Below are positions 1-10,607 of a DNA stretch of 64,000 nucleotides, piece after piece (the stretch's first letter is position 1; every line of letters begins with the position of its first letter). Under the pieces are notes generated by a model. That model made no database searches, was not told where the DNA came from, and saw nothing but the letters and a program-made list of their open reading frames with translations. Position numbers and translations under genes: made by a program. Source of the stretch: Minisyncoccota bacterium (GTDB taxonomy: Bacteria > Patescibacteriota > Minisyncoccia > Phycocordibacterales > Phycocordibacteraceae); assembly GCA_022841985.1 (NCBI GenBank), contig JALHQL010000005.1, forward strand, positions 4,267-68,266, in the 5' to 3' direction.

Positions 1-153
1 TTCGGAGGAGAAATAATAATGAAGCCTGCCACACAAGGCAACCGTATGACCTCCGATATTGATACGTCCAAAGTTCGCTCGCTCGGGTGGTCACCGAAGA
101 GGAGTCTTATCGACTATATTTCCGAAATTCGTTTACACTCGACAGTCCAATGA
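1..153 (+). CDS. 3' end of NAD-dependent epimerase/dehydratase (partial)
   Basis: Frame 1 reads FGGEIIMKPATQGNRMTSDIDTSKVRSLGWSPKRSLIDYI...*, resembling the 'D.sKl..LGW.Pk.sl' C-terminus of extended SDR epimerases; the stop overlaps the next ATG. Confidence 0.6.
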   Translation, partial: FGGEIIMKPATQGNRMTSDIDTSKVRSLGWSPKRSLIDYISEIRLHSTVQ

Positions 154-1289
154 AGCGCATTCTTATTTTCTCTCTCGCGTATGTACCCCACGTTGGTGGG
201 GCTGAAGTGGCACTTAAAGAAATCACCGATCGAATATCTGATATTGAATTCCATATGCTTACGCTCAATTTCGGCGGCGAAGCAGGGGAAGAAAAAATTG
301 GGAATGTTGTTGTACATCGGATAGGGAACGGCGCCTCGTACTCTTCGAAAATCTTGTTTGTGGTGCGCGCCGCTCTCGCGGCGCGTGTCTTACATCGTAC
401 CCATCATTTCGATGCATTCTGGGCGATGATGAGCTACATGCTTTTTCCGATTGTTCTTCTGCGTTTGAGAAATATTCGTGTACCGTACCTCCTAACGCTT
501 CAAGAAGGGGATCCTTTTGAGGACACATTTAATCGTTGGTTCATTCTTCCATTTCGACCACTTCTCTCTGTAGGTTTTAAAAATGCATCAGCGGTGCAAG
601 CGATTTCAACCTACCTTGCGCAGTGGGCAACTAACATGGGTTTCAAAAAAGAGGTTACGGTTATTCCAAACGGTGTGGATCTCGAACGTTTTATCGAAGC
701 TCCACATCCTCCTATTGTGACCGCAGGCGTTGTTAATCTTATTACCGCCTCCCGTTTGGTCTACAAAAATGCGCTTGACGAGGTCATCCGAGCGCTCGTA
801 CTTTTACCAGAGAACGTGCAGTTTGTGGTGTACGGTAGCGGTCCCGACGAAAGGGTATTACGTGCACTTGCCGAAGATTTGAAGGTGGCGAGTAGAGTGC
901 TCTTCAAGGGGCACAGCTCCCATGCTGACTTAGCTCGATCGTTTGCTACAGCTCACATTTTTATTCGTCCTTCACGCTCGGAAGGGATGGGTAATTCTTT
1001 TATCGAGGCGATGGCAGTAGGCTTACCTGTCATAGGGACGCAGGAGGGAGGTATTGCAGACTTTCTATTTGATGCGAAACGGAATCCAAGTAAAGAGACT
1101 ACCGGTTGGGCGGTTGATAAAGATTCTCCTCAGCAAATTGCTATGGCGGTAAAAGAGATTCTTACCAACCCTGAGAAAGTGTCGCGAGTACGAGCAAATG
1201 CATTTGCGCTTGTGCATGAGAAATATGACTGGAATCTTATTACTAGGGATATGAAGAAGCTTTTCGACCGCGTGCTTGAATCCAAGTAG
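150..1289 (+). CDS. Glycosyltransferase family 4
   Basis: N-terminal P.VGGAE motif and PSRSEGMGNSFIEAMAVGLPVI (EX7E); ATG at 150 preferred. Confidence 0.9.
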   Translation: MKRILIFSLAYVPHVGGAEVALKEITDRISDIEFHMLTLNFGGEAGEEKIGNVVVHRIGNGASYSSKILFVVRAALAARVLHRTHHFDAFWAMMSYMLFPIVLLRLRNIRVPYLLTLQEGDPFEDTFNRWFILPFRPLLSVGFKNASAVQAISTYLAQWATNMGFKKEVTVIPNGVDLERFIEAPHPPIVTAGVVNLITASRLVYKNALDEVIRALVLLPENVQFVVYGSGPDERVLRALAEDLKVASRVLFKGHSSHADLARSFATAHIFIRPSRSEGMGNSFIEAMAVGLPVIGTQEGGIADFLFDAKRNPSKETTGWAVDKDSPQQIAMAVKEILTNPEKVSRVRANAFALVHEKYDWNLITRDMKKLFDRVLESK

Positions 1290-1299
1290 AATGCGACTT

Positions 1300-2307
1300 A
1301 TGAAGCTTGTCATTGCCACACCACTCTATCCACCAGAAATCGGCGGGCCGGCGACGTATGCAAAGCTGCTTTTTGAAGGATTGCCAGAGAAGGGCATTGA
1401 GGTTGATTTGGTGAAGTACAGTGAGGTACGACATTTACCGAAGTTTTTTCGCCATTGTGTGTATTATCTTCGCGTATTTAAAGCTGCACGAAATGCAGAT
1501 ATTGTGCTTGCGCTCGATCCAGTTTCGGTCGGTTTTCCAGCAATGTGGGCAGCGGAAAAAGCCAATAAACCTTTTGTCGTAAAGATTGTCGGTGACTATG
1601 CGTGGGAGCAAGGTCAGCAGAGATTCGGCATCACACAAAATCTGGATGAGTTTTTGAAGATGAGGAGGGTACCATTTTTAGTTCGTGTATTGCAACGAAT
1701 TCAAGCGCGTGTGGCACGGAGCGCCACGCGCGTCATCGTTCCGAGTGAATACTTGAAGAATATTGTATCTACGTGGGGAATCCAATCTGAAAAGATAGAA
1801 GTTATCTATAACGGCATAGACTTGCCGAAGTCGATGGTAGTATCCAGCCGCCCGCAGGGCTTCTTTGTTGTATCTTCGGGACGTCGGGTACCTTGGAAGG
1901 GGTTTGAAGCAATCGAGCGCGTAGTTGCGCGTGAGACTGGCTGGCATTTCACCCTATTGCAAGGGCTTTCACGCCCAGAAGCACTTTCTCAAGTGATGGT
2001 TGCCGATGCATTCGTCATCAACTCTAGTTACGAAGGACTCTCGCACGCCCTCATTGAGGCAATGATGCTGAATGTTCCAATAGTCGCCACTTCCGTCGGT
2101 GGCAACATTGAGCTCGTCGAAAATGGGAAAACCGGACTGCTCGTACCTTTCGGTGATGAAGAGGCCTTACACAAGGCTCTGAAACAGATTGCAAACGACC
2201 CTCTTTCTGCAAAGATGCGTGCTGCGTCCGCACTGGAGCGCGCGCAAGCACTGTTCTCCATGGAGTCCATGCTTATGCGGACAAGTGCACTTCTCAAATC
2301 GTTATGA
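1300..2307 (+). CDS. Glycosyltransferase family 4
   Basis: YPPEIGGPATY and SSYEGLSHALIEAMMLNVPIV; start at 1291 or 1300. Confidence 0.9.
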   Translation: MKLVIATPLYPPEIGGPATYAKLLFEGLPEKGIEVDLVKYSEVRHLPKFFRHCVYYLRVFKAARNADIVLALDPVSVGFPAMWAAEKANKPFVVKIVGDYAWEQGQQRFGITQNLDEFLKMRRVPFLVRVLQRIQARVARSATRVIVPSEYLKNIVSTWGIQSEKIEVIYNGIDLPKSMVVSSRPQGFFVVSSGRRVPWKGFEAIERVVARETGWHFTLLQGLSRPEALSQVMVADAFVINSSYEGLSHALIEAMMLNVPIVATSVGGNIELVENGKTGLLVPFGDEEALHKALKQIANDPLSAKMRAASALERAQALFSMESMLMRTSALLKSL

Positions 2308-3434
2308 AAGCCCTCTTCATTTCCAATGACCCGATGATATTTGATGCGACAAGTCTGGTGCGCGCACGCATGCGCACCTATGCTACCGCAATAGGAGAAT
2401 TACATATTCTTTCATTGGCGGGCAAAGATGCACAAGAAGAACAAGACGGTGACTTATTTCTTCACCCGGTGCGTCCACGGAGACTTTTTCGTGTGCGTGT
2501 ATTAGCTCATCACGCGCGTAAGCTCATCCGGAAATACAACATCGAGATAGTTTCGGCGCAGGACCCGTTTGAGCACGGGCTCGCGGCGCTACGGGCCGTG
2601 GGCGGTACGAGCGTCAAATTACATATTCAGGTGCATACTGATTTTCTTTCGCCATGGTTCGTTAAGAGCGGCAGTTGGCACAATCTTCGCATGGGGCTTC
2701 TTAATCGGTATCGTTGTAGAATCGCCAATCACGTTTTACCCGTAGCAGACGGTATTCGCGTTGTTTCGGAGCGGGTAAAAGTGTCGCTTGTCGCACGGTA
2801 TGGTTCGCGTGTTCCTCTGCCGTCGGTCATTCCAATCACAGTCTCGACCGAGGTACCAGAGCGCGCGCTGCTGCCATCTCATTCGTTTACATTCGCGCTC
2901 ATTGTAGTCGGTCGTTTGGAATCTGAGAAACGTGTTGAAGATATCCTCGCCGCACTAAAACTCATCGTCAAGCACTATCCGATGGCTGGGCTCTTTATCG
3001 TCGGCGATGGTCGTGAACGGTCGCGACTTGAGCAGATGGCATCCTCTCTTGGTCTTAAGAAGCATGTCGTCTTTCTTGGAGAACGTCTCGACGCGCAGGC
3101 GCTTATGGGAAGCGCACAGGCATTCATTCAGGCGAGCGCGTATGAGGGCTATGGGCGTACGCTTATTGAGGCGGCACTTGCTAGAATCCCAATAATTACA
3201 ACCGATGTCGGCATCGTAGGCGAAGTGTTCAAGGATGGCTCAGAGGCTCTTGTCGCACCAGTGGCCGACCCGAAAACTCTCGCACTCAACATCACTAAGA
3301 TCATAGAAGACAATAGGATTCGACAGGAACTCCCGATACGCGCCGAAGTCGCAGCACGCGCGCATCTCGCTGCACAGAGCGATTTGTCGACGCGTATTGT
3401 TGAGGATCTCACGCGCACTTTGCAACACTCATGA
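2304..3434 (+). CDS. Glycosyltransferase family 4
   Basis: VGRLESEKR, SAYEGYGRTLIEAALARIPIITTDVG. Confidence 0.9.
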   Translation: MKALFISNDPMIFDATSLVRARMRTYATAIGELHILSLAGKDAQEEQDGDLFLHPVRPRRLFRVRVLAHHARKLIRKYNIEIVSAQDPFEHGLAALRAVGGTSVKLHIQVHTDFLSPWFVKSGSWHNLRMGLLNRYRCRIANHVLPVADGIRVVSERVKVSLVARYGSRVPLPSVIPITVSTEVPERALLPSHSFTFALIVVGRLESEKRVEDILAALKLIVKHYPMAGLFIVGDGRERSRLEQMASSLGLKKHVVFLGERLDAQALMGSAQAFIQASAYEGYGRTLIEAALARIPIITTDVGIVGEVFKDGSEALVAPVADPKTLALNITKIIEDNRIRQELPIRAEVAARAHLAAQSDLSTRIVEDLTRTLQHS

Positions 3435-4408
3435 AATTGCTGATTGTTACCCAAGCAGTTGATGCGGAAGACTCGGTACTTGGATTCTTTGTGCGTTGGA
3501 TAGAAGAGTTTGCAAAACACGTTGAACGAATCGAAGTCATCTGTCTCAAAGAAGGGAAGCATCGTCTTCCTGCGAACGTGCGAGTGCACTCGCTCGGCAA
3601 AGAAGAAGGCGTATCACGAGCAATGTATGTGCTGAATTTTTATAAAAAAATCTGGCGTTTGCGACATGACTATGATGTCGTTTTTGTACATATGAATCCA
3701 GAGTATGTCATTCTCGGAGGTTTGCTTTGGAGGTCGTGGGGTAAGCGCATCGCTTTGTGGTATACGCACAAAAGCGTAAACGCCAGACTTCGTCTTGCGA
3801 CGCTTCTGGCGGACGTCATTTTCACAGCCTCAAAAGAAAGTTTCAGGTTCCCGACGAAAAAATTGCACGTCATGGGGCATGGTATCGATGTGGATTTCTT
3901 TTCACCTAGTGAGAATATGTCACAAGGAACGGCGGTGCTTTCTGCAGGAAGACTTTCTCCAACGAAGCGGCATGATCTTGTTATTCAATCGGCCGAATAT
4001 TTTCCAAACGAAGTGCGGATTGTTGGGGAGGGGTCAGAGAAACAGCGTCTTGAATCTCTCTCCGCAAATCTATCTCTTGGGTCGCGTGTACATTTCCTCG
4101 GGGCACATACGCAAGGGGAACTGCGGGAAGAGTACAGGAGAGCTGGAGTCTTCGTCCATGTAAGCGAAACAGGCAGTCTCGATAAAGTGGTTCTCGAGGC
4201 ACTTGCGTGTGGTCTGCCGGTAGTTACGACGAGCTCCACCCTTATTGGACTCCCTGTTACGGCAGTTTTACCAACTCCGAACGCAATCGCAGAAGGGGTC
4301 CTTGCGGTTCGCTCGAATGACACCACATTGCTTACTACGTACGTACGAGAGCACCATTCGCTTCAGCGCCTCATTCCTGCGATACTAGAGGCTATACAAG
4401 CCCCATGA
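3431..4408 (+). CDS. Glycosyltransferase family 4
   Basis: AGRLSPTKR, SETGSLDKVVLEALACGLPVV. Confidence 0.88.
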   Translation: MKLLIVTQAVDAEDSVLGFFVRWIEEFAKHVERIEVICLKEGKHRLPANVRVHSLGKEEGVSRAMYVLNFYKKIWRLRHDYDVVFVHMNPEYVILGGLLWRSWGKRIALWYTHKSVNARLRLATLLADVIFTASKESFRFPTKKLHVMGHGIDVDFFSPSENMSQGTAVLSAGRLSPTKRHDLVIQSAEYFPNEVRIVGEGSEKQRLESLSANLSLGSRVHFLGAHTQGELREEYRRAGVFVHVSETGSLDKVVLEALACGLPVVTTSSTLIGLPVTAVLPTPNAIAEGVLAVRSNDTTLLTTYVREHHSLQRLIPAILEAIQAP

Positions 4409-5028
4409 GTCCTATTCCACAGGTCGATAAATCACACTATCAGTTCGGCAAATACGCTTTTGAGGGACGGTTTGTGAGCTATTACTGGCAGCTCAAAGAG
4501 GTATTGGCACTTGAACCGTCGTCAGTTCTTGAGATTGGAGTGGGAGACCGTGTGTTCGGAAATTTTATTAAAAACAATACTCCTGTTTCGTATACTTCGG
4601 TTGATGTCGCGGAGGATTTACAGCCGGACGTCGTGGGGAGTATTTTGAAACTTCCATTTCCAGATAAATCCTCTGACGTCGTATGTGCGTTTGAGGTTCT
4701 GGAACATCTGCCATTTGAACAATTTAATTCAGCGATTACCGAACTCTGTCGCGTCGCCCGTACTCATGTGGTGATAAGTATTCCGCACTTCGGACCGATG
4801 TTTTCTTTCTCGTTCAAAATTCCGTTTATGCCGGAGATACGTCTCGCATGGAAAATTCCATTTCCGAAGAAGCACGTTTTTAACGGTCAGCATCATTGGG
4901 AGCTTGGTAAACGCGGATATTCCGTAAAAAAACTTAAAGAAGTGCTGCAGAGTCATGGACAAATAACCAAAGATTTTGTTCCTTTCGGTAACTCTTACCA
5001 TCATTTTTTTATTGTAAAAAAAGTATGA
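4405..5028 (+). CDS. Class I SAM-dependent methyltransferase
   Basis: VLEIGVGD motif I; LPFPDKSSDVVCAFEVLEHL. Confidence 0.88.
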   Translation: MSPIPQVDKSHYQFGKYAFEGRFVSYYWQLKEVLALEPSSVLEIGVGDRVFGNFIKNNTPVSYTSVDVAEDLQPDVVGSILKLPFPDKSSDVVCAFEVLEHLPFEQFNSAITELCRVARTHVVISIPHFGPMFSFSFKIPFMPEIRLAWKIPFPKKHVFNGQHHWELGKRGYSVKKLKEVLQSHGQITKDFVPFGNSYHHFFIVKKV

Positions 5029-6125
5029 AAATTGGATTTATTGCGGAACCCTATGAAGAATCCCATACTTCAGGTATGGGGTATTCGGTTCTTCAGGTTA
5101 TGAGACATTTCCTTATAGAAGGGGAAAATCATGAGTTTATTTTCTATTCGTCAAAGCCAATCAATCCAGGGTTAGTGCCCGGTGTTTACACTAACATCAT
5201 CGTTCCAAAAAATTTCGTAAAGAAATTTTTTTACTTCCGTTTTTTTAAAAATAGGCCCGACGCGCTTATTTGCATGTTGCCACTTCTACCACTATGGGTC
5301 CACCCGAGGGTAAAAATATTCCCTATGTTCCATGAGCTAGGGAGTCAAAAAATAAAACCACAAAGCTTCCATGGGAAAGTAGTTGCTTTTGTACGTGATA
5401 CGGTACTGATGCCGCTTATGCTTATACGAGCAACTCATGTTATTGCAGTGTCTCATGCTACGGAAACAGATCTTATAAAGTTCTACAACCTGCCAAGAGA
5501 AAGAATGACAGTTATTCATGATGGATATCAGGAGTGGAATCAATTTTCGACTGATGCCCTTGATATTGAAAAGCGAATGAAGCCCTATTTCTTTTTTGCT
5601 GGCAAAGTAAAATATCGTAAAAATGTGCACGGTATAGTATCGGCCTTCATTGCTTTTAAAGAACATACAAAAGTCGATTGTAAGCTAATCATAGCAGGTG
5701 ACTATGGTGGCGACTATCATAAAAAAATGATGCAAGAATTGAAACAACACAATTTCGACCAAGATGTATTTTTCCTCGGATATGTTTCAAACCCGCAAAT
5801 GTATGCATTATTTACTAATGCAATTGCATGCGTTTTCCCGTCAATAAATGAAGGATTCGGTATGCCCATAGCTGAATCTATGAGTTTGGGAACGCCAGTC
5901 ATCACTTCCAATATTTCCGCTACGGCTGAAATTGCTGGCGATGCTGCCCTTTTAGTCGACCCATATGACATCAAGGATATTAGTCAAGCAATGGAGAAAA
6001 TCTTTTTTGATAATCATCTCCGCGAAAGTCTTATTTTGAGGGGCTTTGAGCGTGCAAAGCATTTTTCTTGGCAGAAATTTGCACAAAAGTACTTAGCTTT
6101 GATAGTTGAGTTATCTAAAAAATAA
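5025..6125 (+). CDS. Glycosyltransferase family 4 (mannosyltransferase-like)
   Basis: RKNVHG, VFPSINEGFGMPIAESMSLGTPVITSN. Confidence 0.9.
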   Translation: MKIGFIAEPYEESHTSGMGYSVLQVMRHFLIEGENHEFIFYSSKPINPGLVPGVYTNIIVPKNFVKKFFYFRFFKNRPDALICMLPLLPLWVHPRVKIFPMFHELGSQKIKPQSFHGKVVAFVRDTVLMPLMLIRATHVIAVSHATETDLIKFYNLPRERMTVIHDGYQEWNQFSTDALDIEKRMKPYFFFAGKVKYRKNVHGIVSAFIAFKEHTKVDCKLIIAGDYGGDYHKKMMQELKQHNFDQDVFFLGYVSNPQMYALFTNAIACVFPSINEGFGMPIAESMSLGTPVITSNISATAEIAGDAALLVDPYDIKDISQAMEKIFFDNHLRESLILRGFERAKHFSWQKFAQKYLALIVELSKK

Positions 6126-6497
6126 CTTGAGCGAGAATAGGAACCTTTCAGGTTCTTCAAAAAATATCTGCAAAATTACAATTTTGTTTTAAAAACATAG
6201 ATGTGGAAAGTTGTGAGCCAGAGGTGCTCCGAGGAGCCTGAGGGACTCTACAGCACTTCAAGCCGCATATACTTTTGGAGTGGCACTTACACAGCTTCGC
6301 AAACGAGGCGATTGGTTGCTTAGACAGGTAAGTAGAGAATTAAGTCGGGAAGGTTACCATATCTATATGCCCCCAAGACGATTCTTTGGAACGAGTATAG
6401 TCAGTAGCATGAGCAACGTTCAAACTCGCCCCTAAAATGTTCATTCGGTGGGCTCTATTACACCTTTAACTTTCTTGCTGCCCTAAATAAATAAGGA

Positions 6498-7808
6498 CTA
6501 ATTAGTAAATCGAATATCATCCCAGTATCCAGTAATCAGATCAGAGCCACCACCAGCTGCCCCTGCTTGCAGACGTAGTGTATCGACACTTGAAGCAGGC
6601 TGGATAAAACTTGCCCATGCCGAATAAGGTCCTCCATCAATAGCTACTCTGTACATTTGAGTGTTCACGTCAAACTGTAAATCAACGGTGTAAAAGACAT
6701 TCGTTGAATATGGCTGTAGCACAATAGCCTCGGCTCCAGATCCGGTTACCATAATCCAATTTTTTCCAAAAGCTTGAGCATCTTGATATACGACCATGAC
6801 GGGATTAGATCCTGAGTACAGAGAAATATTATGGGCTGAGTCAAATGAATCTTTGCGTTGAGCCCAATGAAGTGTTCCTGTAACCATAGGCGTGAAGGTT
6901 CGTGTTGCAAGAGTTTGGGCGGTAGCAAGATGTTCAAATCTAAGGGATTTTGAACCCTCATGAGTTACATCACCGGCGATAGTAAAATCAGAATCTGCTA
7001 CCCAAGCAGAAGTCCACCCGAGCCCTCCGTTGAGGTCATTCAAGGCTGCTCCATTGCTGTAACTTTCGAAATTTTCAACAATACTTACTGACTCAATCGG
7101 ACGAAGTGCGATCTGTTGTGCCACCCAATTTCTTGATTTATTTCCGCTTATAGTTGAAGATTTTGATCCCGTGCTCCCTGCAACAGCCTGTATCATTTCA
7201 TGTTGAGCTGTCGAGGGACCAAATGGAGTGTTGGAGGTATCATATTCCTCCGTCATGCTTGAAGGGATGGAGAAATAAGCTCCCGCGGTATTCTCCTTGC
7301 CGACATCAATTGCGAAAAGTGTGACGATGGTCGAACTTGCCGTACTCGTCGTTACCGTTGTTGTAGTAGCTAGTAAACCAAAACCGCTATTGCCAGCATA
7401 GGCATCAACAGGGTTGGCAGTATCTACCCCACTGTATACGGTGATACCTCCCTCCGCAGTTGTTTGATGGTCAATAGACCATGTGTAGCTGCTTGGCTCT
7501 GATGCACCAACAATCTTCCGATACGAAATGAGACTTATATTGGTGTCGTTGTCTGTTCGTAAAATTTGAGTCCAGCCTGTGGGGGCAGTAACTGTTGCCG
7601 ATGTTCCGCCGTTAATTGCTATATTTGCAAGCATTAGATTGCCCGCTGTAACTGCTGGTCTGGCTATGGATAGTTGAGTGACGGTAACGTCAGACGAATG
7701 ACTAGTGATGAAAGGTCCAGAAACAATATCTGCTAAGGCGGTTGTTGCAAAAAGGGACAAGCCGACTAGGAGTAATCCTGAAATCTTCAATTTTTGTTGG
7801 GAAGTCAT
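6498..7808 (-). CDS. Secreted Ser/Thr-rich beta-strand surface protein, function unknown
   Basis: 436-aa ORF with a signal peptide (ALA|D), TAPTGWT-type domain and a C-terminal lectin/jelly-roll-like region ending YWDDIRF. Confidence 0.7.
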   Translation of the reverse strand: MTSQQKLKISGLLLVGLSLFATTALADIVSGPFITSHSSDVTVTQLSIARPAVTAGNLMLANIAINGGTSATVTAPTGWTQILRTDNDTNISLISYRKIVGASEPSSYTWSIDHQTTAEGGITVYSGVDTANPVDAYAGNSGFGLLATTTTVTTSTASSTIVTLFAIDVGKENTAGAYFSIPSSMTEEYDTSNTPFGPSTAQHEMIQAVAGSTGSKSSTISGNKSRNWVAQQIALRPIESVSIVENFESYSNGAALNDLNGGLGWTSAWVADSDFTIAGDVTHEGSKSLRFEHLATAQTLATRTFTPMVTGTLHWAQRKDSFDSAHNISLYSGSNPVMVVYQDAQAFGKNWIMVTGSGAEAIVLQPYSTNVFYTVDLQFDVNTQMYRVAIDGGPYSAWASFIQPASSVDTLRLQAGAAGGGSDLITGYWDDIRFTN

Positions 7809-7848
7809 GTGCAGTCGTGATTAAAAACTATTACCCTGCTATTCTAGC

Positions 7849-8982
7849 ATGACAAGCTTCATTTATACTGTCTTCATGAATAGCCCTGAACATGGGAATG
7901 CCCATAAAATTTTGACTCTTTACGTCAATCCTGCATGGCGGCGAGGAGGGATTCATAGTCCGCTCATGAATCCGTGGTGGGGGAATCCGATAGTCGAAGA
8001 GTCGATTTTTGCCAAACAGTTTTTTGATACCCATTCATTCGATACCAGTTATTACAGCATCACCGACGACATAGCACAGGCCGATATGGTATTCCCGCCG
8101 TATTCGCATAATTGGCTCCTATTGCATGACCCGAAACTTTTTGACGAATGCGTTCGAGTAGCGAAAGAATCAAAATTACCGATGTTGATTGACGGTATAG
8201 CCGACGTCGAACATCCTATAAATGTAGAGAACAGTTACATATTGCGCTACGGTGGGTACCGTTTCTTACCTGAACGAGGACGAATTCAAATACCACCTCT
8301 AGCCGATGATTTTTTGGAACGATACAAGGGCGGCGTACTTGAGGTACGTAAAAAAAGGGAAGGGAAGCCCAGTATCGGATTTGCAGGCTGGACAGTACTT
8401 TCTCCCAGGCAATATCTTCGTACAATAATAAAAGAAATTCCAATACGTCTGCGAGGTATCATTGATAGCCGATATCGTGCGTGCGTGAAGGGTGTGTTGT
8501 GGCGTCAGAAAGCAATTAAAATACTTAGAAAGTCGCCATTACTGATATGCAATCTTCTCGCACGAACTTCTTTTTCAGCCAATCCGAAGACAGCTCAGGG
8601 CGACATGCGTAAACTCCGAGAAGAAATGATTGATTCTATTTTAGAAAACGACTATGCGCTCGACGTACGTGGAGATGCGAACGACTCAACCAGACTTTTT
8701 GAAATACTATCGCTCGGCCGCATCCCTGTCATCGTAGATACTGAGCGCAATTTCCCTTTCAGCGACAAAATTGATTACTCGTCGTTTGCTCTCATCGTCG
8801 ATTTTCGTGACATCAAGTATTTGCCCGAACGGATAGCGGAATTCCATAAGAATATCTCACCGGAGCGTTTTGAAGAGATGCAAAGAAATGCACGCGATGC
8901 GTACGTAAAATATTTCCGTATTGATGTGCTAACAAAATCAATTGTTGAAGAATTGAGAAAGACATTGACCCCACAAAAGTAA
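7849..8982 (+). CDS. Exostosin family (GT47-like) glycosyltransferase
   Basis: YALDVRGDANDSTRLFEILSLGRIPVIV...FPFSDKIDY resembles the GT47 'F.L.P.G....s.RlfEal..GcIPV' signature. Confidence 0.8.
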   Translation: MTSFIYTVFMNSPEHGNAHKILTLYVNPAWRRGGIHSPLMNPWWGNPIVEESIFAKQFFDTHSFDTSYYSITDDIAQADMVFPPYSHNWLLLHDPKLFDECVRVAKESKLPMLIDGIADVEHPINVENSYILRYGGYRFLPERGRIQIPPLADDFLERYKGGVLEVRKKREGKPSIGFAGWTVLSPRQYLRTIIKEIPIRLRGIIDSRYRACVKGVLWRQKAIKILRKSPLLICNLLARTSFSANPKTAQGDMRKLREEMIDSILENDYALDVRGDANDSTRLFEILSLGRIPVIVDTERNFPFSDKIDYSSFALIVDFRDIKYLPERIAEFHKNISPERFEEMQRNARDAYVKYFRIDVLTKSIVEELRKTLTPQK

Positions 8983-9056
8983 TCGTGGCGGAATAATGAG
9001 GAAGTGGTAAGCTCCCCTTAGAGTTCTTTTACAACCTATAACGAAAGGATGTTGAA

Positions 9057-10556
9057 ATGACACAAGCTGTTTGTTTGGTAATTCCACCCTCCCCATTCCT
9101 CTTGGACGAACGCGTGTTTCCTTTCCTCGGAGCCCTCAAAGTAGCGGCAGTGCTTGAAGAAGCAGGATGGCCAGTCGAAGTCCTTGACCTCTCCGGTATC
9201 AAAAACTTCACCGAAGCGGTAAAAGATTACGCAGGTAGCTCGGTGCCACGGCACTTCGGTATTACTGCGACGACGCCACAATTTCCCGCCGCCGTTCAGA
9301 TTGCAAACGCAATCCGCAAGGTCAAGGAAGATGCGAGGATTATCATCGGCGGTCCGCACGCAACTCTCGTTGTTGCCGCATGCAAATACGAAGTTGCTCA
9401 CAAAAGTGTCGGTCGCGCACATGATGCGTATCATCAACTCGAGACAAATTTCGATGTCATCGTTGCTGGCGATGGGGAAGAAACTATCTTTCCTGCGGTA
9501 AAAGATGATGCACCGAAACTGATCGATGCGGATGATAGAAAATCTGCGTACTTCCTCACTGATGCAGAGCTCGATAGGACTCCTTTCCCAGCGCGGCATC
9601 TTATCGATCTTCCAAGTTATCGGTACACCATTGATGGCGTACCGGCTCTCTCGCTCATTGCTCAACTCGGATGTCCGTACAATTGCGGTTTTTGCGCAGG
9701 ACGGGCTTCTCCCATGTTGCGTAACATCCGTACGAGAAGCAACGAGAGCATTGTCGAAGAGATGAAGTTCCTATATCGGACGTACGCGTACCGAGGCTTC
9801 ATGTTCTACGATGATGAACTTAATGTAAGTCCGAAGATCATTGATCTGATGCAAAAAATCACCAAAGCGGGAAGTGATCTGTCGGTGGAATGGAAGTTGC
9901 GAGGATTCATTAAGTCCGAACGTTTTACCGACGAACAAGCGCAGGCGATGTTTGAAGCCGGCTTCCGGCAGATACTTATCGGATTCGAATCGGGATCGCC
10001 GCGTATTCTGAAGAATATTCAGAAGGGCGCGACACTCGAGGACAATACCCGATGCATGCATATTGCGAATCGGCACCATCTCAAAGTAAAAGCTTTGATG
10101 TCTCTCGGGCATCCCGGTGAATCTGAGGAAACTATCGCGCAAACGCTTGATTGGCTTATCGAGGTGAGACCATCCGATTTCGATGTATCAATCATAACCC
10201 CCTATCCGGGTTCACCGTACTATGATCATGCGCTTCCCATCGAAGCGCGTCGTGGCGGTAAGTCGGTATGGGTCTATTCCGCCAAGAATGGAGACCGTCT
10301 TTATCAAGAAGAGGTCAACTATACGAAGGAAGCCGATTATTACAAAGGAGATCCAAATGAGGGCTATGTTTCCCACGTATGGACCGATCATGTGAGCCCC
10401 GAAATGCTCGTGTTGCGTCGTAACGAACTTGAGCATGAGGTTCGCGAAAAGCTCAGCATCCCATTCAATCAAAGCCGTCCGGCTACCATGTACGAGTCGT
10501 CCATGGGCCAGACTCCATTACTTCAAATTCTTCGTAATGCCACACCCCTCCCTTGA
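9057..10556 (+). CDS. Cobalamin-binding radical SAM protein
   Basis: N-terminal B12-binding domain (IIIGGPHAT, GDGEE), GCPYNCGFC CxxxCxxC motif, GFESGS. Confidence 0.9.
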   Translation: MTQAVCLVIPPSPFLLDERVFPFLGALKVAAVLEEAGWPVEVLDLSGIKNFTEAVKDYAGSSVPRHFGITATTPQFPAAVQIANAIRKVKEDARIIIGGPHATLVVAACKYEVAHKSVGRAHDAYHQLETNFDVIVAGDGEETIFPAVKDDAPKLIDADDRKSAYFLTDAELDRTPFPARHLIDLPSYRYTIDGVPALSLIAQLGCPYNCGFCAGRASPMLRNIRTRSNESIVEEMKFLYRTYAYRGFMFYDDELNVSPKIIDLMQKITKAGSDLSVEWKLRGFIKSERFTDEQAQAMFEAGFRQILIGFESGSPRILKNIQKGATLEDNTRCMHIANRHHLKVKALMSLGHPGESEETIAQTLDWLIEVRPSDFDVSIITPYPGSPYYDHALPIEARRGGKSVWVYSAKNGDRLYQEEVNYTKEADYYKGDPNEGYVSHVWTDHVSPEMLVLRRNELEHEVREKLSIPFNQSRPATMYESSMGQTPLLQILRNATPLP

Positions 10557-10607
10557 GGGGTGTGTTTTTATATATTGAACAGAATATTACAAAAATAAGA
10601 TTTTCTG

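Noticed and set aside
6126-6497. tRNA, tmRNA or RNase P RNA in the spacer
   Set aside because: No cloverleaf/T-loop or RNase P/tmRNA terminal signatures were recognised by eye.
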